From assembly GCA_023264635.1 (NCBI GenBank), contig JAHFLT010000005.1:4582-68581 (forward strand): DNA of 64,000 nt. Direction: 5' to 3'. This DNA comes from Candidatus Woesearchaeota archaeon. Lineage in GTDB: Archaea; Nanobdellota; Nanobdellia; Woesearchaeales; JAGVYF01. The first letter of the stretch is position 1; the number at the start of each line of letters is the position of its first letter. The notes under the pieces are model-generated. The model saw only the letters and a program-made list of their open reading frames with translations, made no database searches and had not been told where the DNA came from. Positions 47,098-56,919 of this stretch are shown piece by piece. The translations under genes were made by a program, and so were the position numbers.

Positions 47098-47475
47098 ATG
47101 CCGCTTTTCAAAAAAAAACAGCAATCAGTTATCCCTATTATCACACCCATAGAGCCTACATATACGATACAGGGCATCCAACACAGAGTTGAACTTCTGC
47201 TACAGGCAGAGAAAAAGCTTGGGAATAGAATAACCATTTTTGAGACCAACACTAATGACCTTGTAGAGAATAATACTAATCGTCTGCTCGTTGTCCGCAA
47301 CGAGTTGACAGAGATTGCAAAAGAACATAAATCATTAAAAGAGCGGTTTGCCTCAATAGTTAGAACATTATCACTCACTGCGAAAAAAGAGGATTACGAG
47401 AAGACCAAGCGCCTTATTGATCAGTATGACCCGGCTGATATGATAACCCGGGAGGAATTTGAGAGACTACTATAG
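47098..47475 (+). CDS. Hypothetical coiled-coil protein
   Basis: ORF only. Confidence 0.3.
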   Translation: MPLFKKKQQSVIPIITPIEPTYTIQGIQHRVELLLQAEKKLGNRITIFETNTNDLVENNTNRLLVVRNELTEIAKEHKSLKERFASIVRTLSLTAKKEDYEKTKRLIDQYDPADMITREEFERLL

Positions 47476-47513
47476 ATTCTACATCGTAGTAGGTATAGAT
47501 GGAAAGAGAGAGA

Positions 47514-47966
47514 TTAATGCTCACGTTCTATGATGATGACTGCTCTTGACGTGTTTCCTTTTTCGTCCCGTACGCCAACAAGAAGGTGCCCATAAAGCGG
47601 CACTGCATATTGTTTCATGATATGACTCTTCGGAAGCTGTGAAGGATGCGCATCATTGCTGCACGCTAGATGATGGCAATCTAAAAGAATAATATAATCA
47701 GTTATGGTGGAGGGACTATCTAGTTCAATCCTCAGACTTCCTCCCTGCGTCCTGCTTGGGATGGAAACATACTTACAGCCCGTAACCCTTTCGATAGTGC
47801 TATTGTTGTAAGTGATGGTTATTGTAGGTCGCGTTATCGTTGATGTTCCTTCATCAACAACATCATCTTCTACACATTCGATATAAGGTATTGGATGTGG
47901 CACAACTGGCTGAGAGCACGGATGAAAACATGACACAGCAATAGCCAACAGCGCTTCCAGTTTCAT
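47514..47966 (-). CDS. Hypothetical secreted protein
   Basis: Signal peptide MKLEALLAIAVSCFH. The ORF track extends to 48092, but that part overlaps the srp54 3' end, so the start is trimmed to M47966. Confidence 0.35.
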   Translation of the reverse strand: MKLEALLAIAVSCFHPCSQPVVPHPIPYIECVEDDVVDEGTSTITRPTITITYNNSTIERVTGCKYVSIPSRTQGGSLRIELDSPSTITDYIILLDCHHLACSNDAHPSQLPKSHIMKQYAVPLYGHLLVGVRDEKGNTSRAVIIIEREH

Positions 47967-49303
47967 TGTGCCGCTCCAAGGCGTTTCATCATGGCTTCTG
48001 CTTTTTTGACTCCGCCTCCTTTGAACATTTTTACCATCTTCTTGCCCATCTTGTATTGTTTCAGCAGGTCGCGCACATCGTTCACTGGACAACCAGATCC
48101 TTTCACAATCCGATCTATTCTTGTACCTACGATTATATCTGGGTCTTCAAGCTCCTCTTTTGTGCATGAGTTCATCACATAACGCCATTTCTTTAATTTC
48201 TCTTCTTGCACGTGCAGCGCTTCCTTTGGCAGCTTTATCTGTGACAGCCCCGGAACTAATTCCATTATTTTCCCCAGAGGACCCATCTTAGATACTGCTT
48301 CCATTTGGTCATATAAATCAATGAGTGTGAAATCCCCCCGCAGCAATCGTTGACCAAGGTCTTCTGCTTCTTCTTGTGTCATTGCTTCTTTTGCTTTCTC
48401 AAGCAGCCCTTCTATATCTCCCATTCCCAAAAGTCTGCCAACAAAACGTTTGGGATCAAATACGTCAAGGTCATCTGTTTTTTCCCCAATGCCAATAAAG
48501 ACAACAGGTGCTCCTGTCACACTGCACGCTGTCAACGCACCACCGCCCTTTGCAGTGCCATCCATGCGAGTGATAATGACGCCAGTGATATTGCAACTCT
48601 TGTGGAACATCTCTGCCTGTAGCTGCGCAGCCTGTCCTATGTCCGCACCAATGACCAGAAGACGCTCTTGCGCTTTGACATATGCATTAAGGGCATTAAG
48701 CTCATCTACTAATTCCTGACTTAATGCATCCCTTCCCGCAGTATCAATGATAACAACATCGAATTTCTGTAATTCTGGTTCATATTTTTTGTAAATGGTG
48801 ACTGCATCTTTGAGATGAGCATCACCAAATACAGGGACGCTGATATTCTTGCCAAGCTGCTGCAATTGTGCAAAAGCTGCAGGTCTCCATATATCCGTAC
48901 CGAGCATCGCCACTTTCTTTCCACGCTTCATGATATATTTAGCGAGCTTTGAGCACGTTGTCGTCTTTCCGCTGCCAAATAATCCAACAATAAGAATAAG
49001 AGTCGGCTTTGCCTGAACAGAGAGCTCTTTTGTTTCTTTGCCCAAAAAAAGAGTCAGCTCTTCATAGACTATCTTTATGAGATGCTCCTTTTTTGTGATT
49101 CCCGCGGGAGTCTCTTCCTTTAGTATTCTGTTTTTGATTGTTTGTGTCAATCCAAAGACCAGCTTAACATTGACATCTGCCTGAAGAAGCGCACGCTGGA
49201 TGTCTTTGACCAACTCATTTATCAGTTTTTCATCAACAAACAGAGAGCTCGTTACCTTCCTTAGTGTCTCTCGCAATGATTCTCCAAGTTTTTCTAGGAC
49301 CAT
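47963..49303 (-). CDS. srp54: Signal recognition particle 54-kDa protein
   Basis: LIVGLFGSGKTTTCSKLA (G1), DTAGR (G3), TRMDG (G4), GMGDIEGLLEK, and a Met-rich M domain. Confidence 0.9.
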   Translation of the reverse strand: MVLEKLGESLRETLRKVTSSLFVDEKLINELVKDIQRALLQADVNVKLVFGLTQTIKNRILKEETPAGITKKEHLIKIVYEELTLFLGKETKELSVQAKPTLILIVGLFGSGKTTTCSKLAKYIMKRGKKVAMLGTDIWRPAAFAQLQQLGKNISVPVFGDAHLKDAVTIYKKYEPELQKFDVVIIDTAGRDALSQELVDELNALNAYVKAQERLLVIGADIGQAAQLQAEMFHKSCNITGVIITRMDGTAKGGGALTACSVTGAPVVFIGIGEKTDDLDVFDPKRFVGRLLGMGDIEGLLEKAKEAMTQEEAEDLGQRLLRGDFTLIDLYDQMEAVSKMGPLGKIMELVPGLSQIKLPKEALHVQEEKLKKWRYVMNSCTKEELEDPDIIVGTRIDRIVKGSGCPVNDVRDLLKQYKMGKKMVKMFKGGGVKKAEAMMKRLGAAQ

Positions 49304-49353
49304 GAAGATACAGAATTACGCAGCTTATTTAAAGATTGATGTGATTTTAAGAT

Positions 49354-49818
49354 TCATTTCTTAAAGTCACAATGCCAGTATCCATTGTCGTTAGTGCACT
49401 TTCCTGCTGAACTTCCTTTATCCAGCTCTCCAGAGAAATCACAATGCCAGTATCCATTGTCATTAGTGCATTTGCGGGAGTGATGATTATGGATACTTGA
49501 TTGTGCAGTAGGTTCAGTTACTGGTTTCCCATTAAAGAGCTGTATTCCCTCAGTAAGTTTTTCAATTGTTTTAGTGAACTTGTCATGTTTCCGCTGCTCT
49601 TCCTTTTCATCGACTTCTACTGTGTCTGCTACAGTAGGCCAGTTTTTCACTTCGCGACCTGTCAAGTACTCAAGTTTTGACTTCTGGTGTGACAACTCGT
49701 CACGCAGCCTTTGAAAGCTCTGAGGCACTGGAACACGATGTCCAGCATAAACAGGCTCTGCATCACAGATGTATAATCCAACAAATAATGGAATAATGTA
49801 TGTTTTCATTGTAATCAC
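49354..49818 (-). CDS. Secreted protein with a C-terminal tandem repeat KCTNDNGYWHCDF
   Basis: Signal peptide. Two near-identical 13-aa Cys/Trp repeats encoded by a 60-nt direct DNA repeat at 49357-49480. Confidence 0.4.
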   Translation of the reverse strand: MITMKTYIIPLFVGLYICDAEPVYAGHRVPVPQSFQRLRDELSHQKSKLEYLTGREVKNWPTVADTVEVDEKEEQRKHDKFTKTIEKLTEGIQLFNGKPVTEPTAQSSIHNHHSRKCTNDNGYWHCDFSGELDKGSSAGKCTNDNGYWHCDFKK

Positions 49819-49863
49819 CCTTGTGCTTCGAGTATTTTCCGTATGTATTCTTGTTTAATGTTT

Positions 49864-50023
49864 TCTAATCGAGCATGATCCCACACTTACCATTGGCTGC
49901 AAAACAATGTGGATGATAGAGTACTTCACAGCTGGCACATTTAACAGTAATGTCACCAGCTTTTTCAGGATGCATTTCATAACTGCATACTGGACAATGG
50001 GGAATATCTATAATATTATTCAT
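49864..50023 (-). CDS. Small Zn-ribbon protein (52 aa), not in the ORF track
   Basis: Hand translation: MNNIIDIPHCPVCSYEMHPEKAGDITVKCASCEVLYHPHCFAANGKCGIMLD (CxxC...CxxC...HxxC). Confidence 0.3.
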
Positions 50024-50131
50024 AGAGTAAAGAGCAAAAGGTCATACTATATAAAGCTTCTGTTTTTTTAACTACTGGTAGGTAGTCAAATACCAAAAAT
50101 ATTAAGAAGACCACCTTACCACTATGAGAAT

Positions 50132-50842
50132 ATGCAACCATACACTTTTGAAGAGATAGCGACACTGAAAGAAGGAGAAGTGGAAGCCACGCTGCATCTT
50201 GCGACGCTGATACGAGTACGTCACCCCGTAACAAGAGATCATCTGAAAGTATGCTTAGTTAACACCCAAACAGCACAACTGGAAAAGAATATGAGTCATG
50301 TAGAATCTCTAGACAAAATTCTGACGCGTGTCAACAAAGATATAGATGCACACATTATTGTTGCTCCGGAATACAGCTATTACCCAGACAGCAGACCGCT
50401 TACTGAACAAGAAAAAGATTATTTCCTACACAAACAAAAAGACAACACCAAAGGCAAGCTAGTTATTCCGGGCACTTTCGTCTGGCAAAAAGAGGGATGC
50501 ATGTATAACGAAGCTTATTTCATTTCAAACGGAGACATCATCGGACAATATCTAAAGTGCAAGGATGGTGGAGAGTGGATAGCAGCAACAAAATTTCAAT
50601 TAAAATATATCCAGGGAAAAGAACCGGGAATCTTCGAATGGAACAAACTTAAATTGGGCATTGAGATTTGCATCGATATGGGAACCATCGCAGCAAAAGG
50701 CATCGGAGATAGAGACTTGCTGTTTGCAATATCATGCGGCAGACAAGATATAGATACAAGATGCCTAAGAAATGGGGGCTACGGCTTTGTCAATGACGGT
50801 TACCAAGAATTTGTTTTCATCGCATACAAACAGCTTCTTTGA
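50132..50842 (+). CDS. Carbon-nitrogen hydrolase (nitrilase superfamily)-like protein
   Basis: IIVAPEYS (Glu), KCKDGGEW, and GIEICIDM (Cys) fit an E-K-C triad arrangement. Moderate. Confidence 0.45.
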   Translation: MQPYTFEEIATLKEGEVEATLHLATLIRVRHPVTRDHLKVCLVNTQTAQLEKNMSHVESLDKILTRVNKDIDAHIIVAPEYSYYPDSRPLTEQEKDYFLHKQKDNTKGKLVIPGTFVWQKEGCMYNEAYFISNGDIIGQYLKCKDGGEWIAATKFQLKYIQGKEPGIFEWNKLKLGIEICIDMGTIAAKGIGDRDLLFAISCGRQDIDTRCLRNGGYGFVNDGYQEFVFIAYKQLL

Positions 50843-51034
50843 CTATTTTGTCGCAACTCTATATGCCAAAGCCAAGAAATCTTTAAAAGGCATTACCCAA
50901 GCACAATGGATATATAGAGGAATAGCGGAGGAAAAAAATAATCGTATGCCAAATGTTCCTCCGCGTATGAGGAAAGGAAATACAATTTATACAAAAAATA
51001 ATTTCATTTCCTATAGCTGTTCACAGGTGAAAAA

Positions 51035-52915
51035 ATGACAAAGAAAGAAGATAAAAACGAAGCTAAAAACGAGGGCGCCGAAAAGAAAGAAACGTACATT
51101 CCTCCAGCTGCTAAATCTCCAGAAGACGTGCAAAAGGAATTAGAAGCAAAAATACCACCTGAAGTTAAAGAAAAACTTGACAAGATAAAAGCAAAGCTTG
51201 AGAAATTCAAAGAACAAGCGCTGGCAAAATTTGATCAGTACATTGTAGGCATTGCCCTCCTCCCTCCAAAGAAACCAGAGGAAGATGAAAAAGCAAACCC
51301 GGATGCAATCAACGTCCTTGTCCTTGTTGATGATTCTGACAGTAAGCGCATGTCAAAACAAGAACTAAAAGAAAAGCTGGGCACGATCATCGCAGGCTTA
51401 GCAAAAGATATTGACCCAAACATCACGCCAGAGACTGTTATTCTTTCAGAGTTATGGCAATCCTGTTACGATGCAAAGTATGACCTTCTCCAGCTTATCG
51501 CAATGGGCGCGCCGATTTTTGATCGGGGCTTGCTCCGCACTATTAAAGTGGCAGAAATCCATAAGACCATGGTCTTGAAGAAATTCGAGAAGTACATTGT
51601 CAGCTATGTTGTAGCTGGCAGCGTGCTGAAAGGGTATGCAAAGGAAACCTCAGATATAGACACATATGTCATCATAGACGATACTGATGTTAAGAAGATG
51701 ACACGTGCTGAGTTGAAGGACAAGCTCAGAGCCATTATCATTAGCATGGGAATGGAAGCTGGTGAGATAACCGGCATCCGTAACAAGCTCCACGTGCAGG
51801 TGTACATTCTAACAGAGTTCTGGGATGCATTACGGGAGGCGAATCCAGTCATCTTCACGCTCCTCCGTAATTGTGTGCCGTTTTATGATCGAGGTATTTT
51901 CATGCCGTGGAAGCAGCTGCTGGAGATGGGAAGAATCAAGCCCAGTGCAGAGGCAATTGACATGTTCCTCGGCTCTGGAGAACAGATGCTTAGGCGTGTC
52001 GAGTTCAAGCTCAAAGAGATTGCGATGGAGGACATATTCCTCTCTATTCTCACACCTACACAGGCAGCATTGATGTTGTACGGCCAGCCGCCGCCTGCGC
52101 CAAAGGAATGCGGTGAAGTGCTGCGTGAGATATTTGTAAAAAAAGAGAAATTGCTTGAGGAAAAGTTCGTAGAGACGTATGAACGGTCACTCAAAGTGCG
52201 CAAGGACATTGAACATGGTCTGCGCAAAGATGTCACTGGCAAAGAGATTGATGAATTGCGGGAAGATGCAGACAAATACCTTAAACGCATCAAGCGCCTT
52301 TTCACCCAGATTGAGAAGATAAAAGAAGAGGAAGCAGTGCTTCATATGTATGAGTCCACAATGACGCTCATCCGTGATCTGCTTAACGCTGAGGGAGTTG
52401 ACAAGGTGCTGGCTGAAGAGGTTGTACGGAAGTTTGACAATGAACTTATCTCAACTGGAAAAATCCCTGCCAAATACTTGCGCACGCTCAACGACATTCT
52501 ACAGGCAAAGAAGGACTTCGATACAAAAACTCTCGGCAAAACCCAGCTGGAAGACCTCAAGAAGGAGTACAATGAATTTGTAAAGGTTTTGGTGGAATAT
52601 CTCCAGCGCAAGCGTGGACGAGAATTAGAGCGCGTCAAGCTGCGTGTGAAGCACAGCCATGGCTTTGGAGAGGTCATCTTATTGGGAAAACATGCCTTTG
52701 TCATCAAAGATGTTGATGCTGAGCAAAAGACTATGCAGAAAGCCACTCTTAATGCTGACGGTAGTTTTGGCTCGCTTGAAAAATCTAGTCTGGAGGAATA
52801 CGAAGGGGCACTCTCGAAAATAGAGACCCCGCAACGAGTGTTCATCAAAGAAAAAATTTTCGAAAATCTCAAGCAGATTTTTGGGCCAGATGTGGAAGTA
52901 CTGCTCAACTATTGA
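51035..52915 (+). CDS. Large Lys/Glu-rich protein with two tandem Pol-beta-type nucleotidyltransferase folds
   Basis: VGIALLPP...VLVLVDDSD and YVVAGSVLKGYAKETSDIDTYVIIDD each look like a minimal NTase GS...DxD pattern. Long helical C-terminus. Confidence 0.45.
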   Translation: MTKKEDKNEAKNEGAEKKETYIPPAAKSPEDVQKELEAKIPPEVKEKLDKIKAKLEKFKEQALAKFDQYIVGIALLPPKKPEEDEKANPDAINVLVLVDDSDSKRMSKQELKEKLGTIIAGLAKDIDPNITPETVILSELWQSCYDAKYDLLQLIAMGAPIFDRGLLRTIKVAEIHKTMVLKKFEKYIVSYVVAGSVLKGYAKETSDIDTYVIIDDTDVKKMTRAELKDKLRAIIISMGMEAGEITGIRNKLHVQVYILTEFWDALREANPVIFTLLRNCVPFYDRGIFMPWKQLLEMGRIKPSAEAIDMFLGSGEQMLRRVEFKLKEIAMEDIFLSILTPTQAALMLYGQPPPAPKECGEVLREIFVKKEKLLEEKFVETYERSLKVRKDIEHGLRKDVTGKEIDELREDADKYLKRIKRLFTQIEKIKEEEAVLHMYESTMTLIRDLLNAEGVDKVLAEEVVRKFDNELISTGKIPAKYLRTLNDILQAKKDFDTKTLGKTQLEDLKKEYNEFVKVLVEYLQRKRGRELERVKLRVKHSHGFGEVILLGKHAFVIKDVDAEQKTMQKATLNADGSFGSLEKSSLEEYEGALSKIETPQRVFIKEKIFENLKQIFGPDVEVLLNY

Positions 52916-53019
52916 GCAAGATTTTACCTTCTTTTTATTTTTTCTCTCAATTCATTTATTTCTTTGTGAGTAACTTTAATCACATCTCATCTCAATAATA
53001 TGTGTAACAGTACTCGAGC

Positions 53020-53475
53020 GTGTCAATATTTATAAAGAGACATGAATTTTTTTTTTCACATATGGATTATGAGCAATTCAAAATAAAACGATTTGGCTTT
53101 TGGGATTTGTATTTACATAAGAACCAATTTCCTTATCTGGGCAGATGTTATGCTTCGGCCATTAGGGAGGATGTGAATGTAGTGACAGATATGGCACGCG
53201 CAGAAGCAGAGGAATTATTCTCTCTTGTAATCCCCTCATGGTACAAAAGTGTCTTAGAATTGTTTGGTGAGTTCCGACCAAATATTGCAATTCTGGGAAA
53301 TGAATGGCCCCATCTTCATGCTCATTTAATCCCAAGATTTCAATATCCAAAGCACTTTTACGGAATAGACTTTATTGACCCCAATCCAAAAGGTAACTAT
53401 TCTCCTTATCCCAAAAGAGATATTTCCTTAGAGGTTTTAGTAAAGATAAAAGAGGATATTGAGAATAAAATTTAG
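53020..53475 (+). CDS. HIT-family (histidine triad) protein
   Basis: HLHAHLIPRF HxHxHxx motif. Likely start is MDYEQFK at 53062. Confidence 0.55.
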   Translation: MSIFIKRHEFFFSHMDYEQFKIKRFGFWDLYLHKNQFPYLGRCYASAIREDVNVVTDMARAEAEELFSLVIPSWYKSVLELFGEFRPNIAILGNEWPHLHAHLIPRFQYPKHFYGIDFIDPNPKGNYSPYPKRDISLEVLVKIKEDIENKI

Positions 53476-53765
53476 ACTTTTACGTCCTTCGTCTCTTTTT
53501 TATCCTCTTTTTCTCCCGTGTTTACTTTCTTTTCCAAACCGCTTTCTTTCAGACAGCTGTCCTTCTTGTTTTCTTTATGATTGTCTTCTTTACGATAATC
53601 TGTCGCATAGAAACCATTGCCATGATAGATAACATTCGGTGGAAAAAGAATACGTTTCAGTTCTCCATGGCATTGCTCACATTCTTTGAGGGAGTCGTCC
53701 TTAATGCTTTGAATCTTCTCAAAGCGGTATGTGCATTTCTGGCACTCGTATTCGTAAAATGGCAT
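53472..53765 (-). CDS. FmdB-family zinc-ribbon protein
   Basis: MPFYEYECQKCTYRFE...CEQCHG matches the FmdB CxxC-x(n)-CxxC N-terminus. The ORF track extends to 53825. Confidence 0.55.
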   Translation of the reverse strand: MPFYEYECQKCTYRFEKIQSIKDDSLKECEQCHGELKRILFPPNVIYHGNGFYATDYRKEDNHKENKKDSCLKESGLEKKVNTGEKEDKKETKDVKV

Positions 53766-53796
53766 AGATGTAAGGAAACAAAAGAGATATAAAAAA

Positions 53797-54606
53797 CTAC
53801 CCCTTCTTTTCTTCTTTTCTCTCACCCATCCTTTTCACTATCTCTTCTGCACAGGTATATTCGGGCATGAAGACATGATGAGCGCCTGCTTTCTTGAGTT
53901 TCTTGACATACTCTTTGCGATGTGCACGTGCATATATGTCCAATGCGGGATTGAGTTCCTTGGCAGTCAGAATAGCAAGCACATTTTTTTCTGTCTCTGG
54001 AATTGCTGCGATAAAGCCTTTCGCATCTTTTATACCACACGATAAAAGGGTCTCCTCTTCAAGGGCATCACCATCTACTACCAATAATCCACGCTTTGTT
54101 TGCGCAGTGGCCACACCAACATCCTTATCAATGATTACATATTGCTCATTCTTTGCCATGAGCAGCTCTGCAACATGTGCTCCCACGCGGCCTGCGCCGC
54201 ATATTATCCAATGATTTTTCAGCTCCTGCACGTTTTTCATAAGATTCACCCCGGTAAAATAATCCTTTAACTCCCCTTCCAGCACCAGATCGAGCGTTGT
54301 CCACAACACAAACCACATGACAAAAGAACCAAAAAGCACGAGAACAATCTGAATCATGCGTGGTGAAAATTGTGATTCACGCTCGTGCAAAAAAGTAAGT
54401 GTTTCTAATGTGTTAAGGAAACCACTCCCTACAGATTCATTCCTCGTAACAGTATAACCCATTGTACCAAAGATAAACAAAAGGAAGATCATACAAAAGA
54501 GTAAACGTATCTTGTTCTGCACATGCAGACCGTCGTTGACTTGCTGCGAATTAAGCACCCCTTTTCTTACCATAAGACTACCTAGGCATCTACAATACAT
54601 AAACAT
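53797..54606 (-). CDS. Ion-channel-like membrane protein with a TrkA-N/RCK NAD-binding domain
   Basis: WIICGAGRVGAHVAELL Rossmann (GxGxxG). N-terminal TM helices. Confidence 0.55.
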   Translation of the reverse strand: MFMYCRCLGSLMVRKGVLNSQQVNDGLHVQNKIRLLFCMIFLLFIFGTMGYTVTRNESVGSGFLNTLETLTFLHERESQFSPRMIQIVLVLFGSFVMWFVLWTTLDLVLEGELKDYFTGVNLMKNVQELKNHWIICGAGRVGAHVAELLMAKNEQYVIIDKDVGVATAQTKRGLLVVDGDALEEETLLSCGIKDAKGFIAAIPETEKNVLAILTAKELNPALDIYARAHRKEYVKKLKKAGAHHVFMPEYTCAEEIVKRMGERKEEKKG

Positions 54607-54644
54607 TTGGAAATGTTTAAAATATCATGAGGCATTGAAGCTCT

Positions 54645-55166
54645 ATGAATATATTTAGGGTGATAATGCTAATTGGACTCATTAGTTTTAGTGTGGATCA
54701 GCAACTTGTGTCTCTCATTTTGGCAGCTCATAACCCCTTACTAGACTCGTTCTTCCTGCTTATTACGAGAACAGAGACGAGCATAGCGGCGTTATTGATA
54801 CTCTCCTTTGTCATCTATCGAAAACAGAGCATCATACCTTTATGGTGTGCATGCGGTATGTCCACTGCAGTAGTATACTTGCTAAAGGTTTTCATTATGA
54901 GACCCAGACCATTTATGATAATGGCTTTTGCTCCGCTTATTATCGAAACTACCAGTTCGTTCCCGAGCAATCATGCAGCTTTGGTCTTTACGGCACTTCC
55001 ATTCCTCCCAGAGAAACGTTATTGGTTAGCTTTTGCATTGTTTGTCGCATTGAGCAGGGTGTATGTTGGTGTGCATTACCCTACTGATGTCATATTCGGC
55101 AGTCTCCTTGGCTACGGAGTCGGATGGTTTGTACATGAGAGGTGGCATCAATGGTATCACCGTTAG
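54645..55166 (+). CDS. PAP2-family (type 2 phosphatidic acid / polyprenyl-PP) phosphatase
   Basis: KxxxxxxRP (MRPRPF), PSNHA, and SRVYVGVHYPTDV. Confidence 0.7.
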   Translation: MNIFRVIMLIGLISFSVDQQLVSLILAAHNPLLDSFFLLITRTETSIAALLILSFVIYRKQSIIPLWCACGMSTAVVYLLKVFIMRPRPFMIMAFAPLIIETTSSFPSNHAALVFTALPFLPEKRYWLAFALFVALSRVYVGVHYPTDVIFGSLLGYGVGWFVHERWHQWYHR

Positions 55167-55738
55167 AAATAAGAAGGAAGATGTTCCACGTTGCTTCTGG
55201 TTTGATACTTATGGGATTATTTTTTACAGATTTGTTGACACCTAGAGTCTTGCTCATCCTTCTTATTATTGGTACTGTACTCTCATACCTCTCCAGAAGA
55301 TATCAGCTTCTCGGTGTATGGTGGTGCCTGACTAATTTCGACAGGCCAGAATACCTCGCATCATTTCCGGGAAAAGGCGCATGGTTTTTTGTGCTTGGTT
55401 TTTTGCTCAGCGCTGCCCTCTTTCAAAAGGAAGTAGCTCTTGCAGCGATGAGCATCCTTGTTATTGGGGATCCTCTTTCACATCTTATAGGCTCACATTT
55501 TGGGAGCATTAAGCATCCTTTTTCCGATAAGAAATTTATTGAAGGACATATAGCGGGTGCGTTTGTTAGTAGTTACATAGCTTCCTACTTTGTTCCATGG
55601 GGGATAGCATTGTGTGGTGCTGTTGCTGGTATGTTCATGGAGGGAGTGGATATAGTCATCCATACAGATCCAGTAGATGATAATGTTGTCATCCCATTGG
55701 CAGCAGGAATTGTTATAACACTCTTGTTATGGATATAA
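55142..55738 (+). CDS. CTP-dependent polyprenol/dolichol kinase or CDP-archaeol-synthase-like (CTP_transf_1 family) membrane protein
   Basis: KKFIEGHIAGAFVS resembles the K-x-x-EG motif. 5-6 TM helices. Overlaps the PAP2 gene. Confidence 0.45.
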   Translation: MASMVSPLEIRRKMFHVASGLILMGLFFTDLLTPRVLLILLIIGTVLSYLSRRYQLLGVWWCLTNFDRPEYLASFPGKGAWFFVLGFLLSAALFQKEVALAAMSILVIGDPLSHLIGSHFGSIKHPFSDKKFIEGHIAGAFVSSYIASYFVPWGIALCGAVAGMFMEGVDIVIHTDPVDDNVVIPLAAGIVITLLLWI

Positions 55739-55847
55739 TAGTAGGGATATGATAGCTGCTTCTAACTTGTCAATGCACTAAAAGGAGAGAATTGTCACAC
55801 TCTGTGATGATACACGCACAATTTCTTTAAAAAAGCACTTACTTTGT

Positions 55848-56537
55848 ATGCTGGATATGATTGGTTTGTCCCTTGAAACAAAACTCTATAAGAATAAAAA
55901 TGCTCCAACAACGTTACATGAAGCTCGTGACTATTTTGAGCGTGCATATCTGGTGAATGCAATTGAGCAGAATGTATGGTACAAGGAGAATGGTGCGCCT
56001 ATTCCTCACGGTGGCATTTATATCGATCAGTTGGCGAGGAGTATGAGTACAAGCCGCAAAAATGCCTCTTATTTGATTAACCAGAAATATGAACTCAAGC
56101 CGCTTGTCGAGTATTATCATTGTGAGAGAAGCGCAAAGATACCATCAAATATTCAGGAATTGACGTCCTACAAAACAATAAACAGAATCATCAGCCAATT
56201 CGTCGCTTCGGTGCAGGATGATGTGACAAAGAGATATGGCTACTTTCTCTCCAAAGATAAAGTTGATGAAGTATCACAAACTGTTACTACAAAGTACCTT
56301 CACGATATTCTTCCCACATTGCCTAAAGCTGCAAAGATAGATTATATTACTAATTATGTGTTAGAGCAGAAACTGCCACTTACAGAAGCTAAAAAGGAAT
56401 TTGAGAAACAGTGGGTTACAGAACATAAAGATAAGCCATTAAACGAAGCTGCCAATGCCTTGGGAATATCACCGCGCCATCTTCGTAGATTGACAAAATC
56501 GTTACACCATCACACAGCACAAACCGATAATGTTTAA
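55848..56537 (+). CDS. Hypothetical protein with a C-terminal Fis-type HTH
   Basis: LNEAANALGISPRHLRRLTKSL. Confidence 0.35.
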   Translation: MLDMIGLSLETKLYKNKNAPTTLHEARDYFERAYLVNAIEQNVWYKENGAPIPHGGIYIDQLARSMSTSRKNASYLINQKYELKPLVEYYHCERSAKIPSNIQELTSYKTINRIISQFVASVQDDVTKRYGYFLSKDKVDEVSQTVTTKYLHDILPTLPKAAKIDYITNYVLEQKLPLTEAKKEFEKQWVTEHKDKPLNEAANALGISPRHLRRLTKSLHHHTAQTDNV

Positions 56538-56574
56538 GAGTACGTTTTCTTTATTGTCAGGATGGTGACAAAAC

Positions 56575-56919
56575 ATGAAGAACTATGAATTGATAAATGA
56601 ATTGAAGAATAAGCCAATATACCAAAGAGATGAAGATAAGACACCTGTAACATACATGATGCCTATAATTGTCATGTACGTCCCAATCACGGACTTGCCA
56701 GATAGCATGTACGGCCAGAGCTTACATAACAATGGGCTTTTTGGTGGCAAGACCCATTATCAGATTAATTATCAGATGATGGATAAAAACAACCCCTACA
56801 TTACGAAAACAGCTGATGGGGAATATGTTTCCACTCTCTTCGAAGAACTTGGAAAGACGTATGCTATTCGCCAAGCAGTTCCTGCCGAGCAGAAAGAAGC
56901 CCACCGTCAAGAGGTTTAG
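56575..56919 (+). CDS. Hypothetical protein
   Basis: ORF only. Confidence 0.3.
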   Translation: MKNYELINELKNKPIYQRDEDKTPVTYMMPIIVMYVPITDLPDSMYGQSLHNNGLFGGKTHYQINYQMMDKNNPYITKTADGEYVSTLFEELGKTYAIRQAVPAEQKEAHRQEV

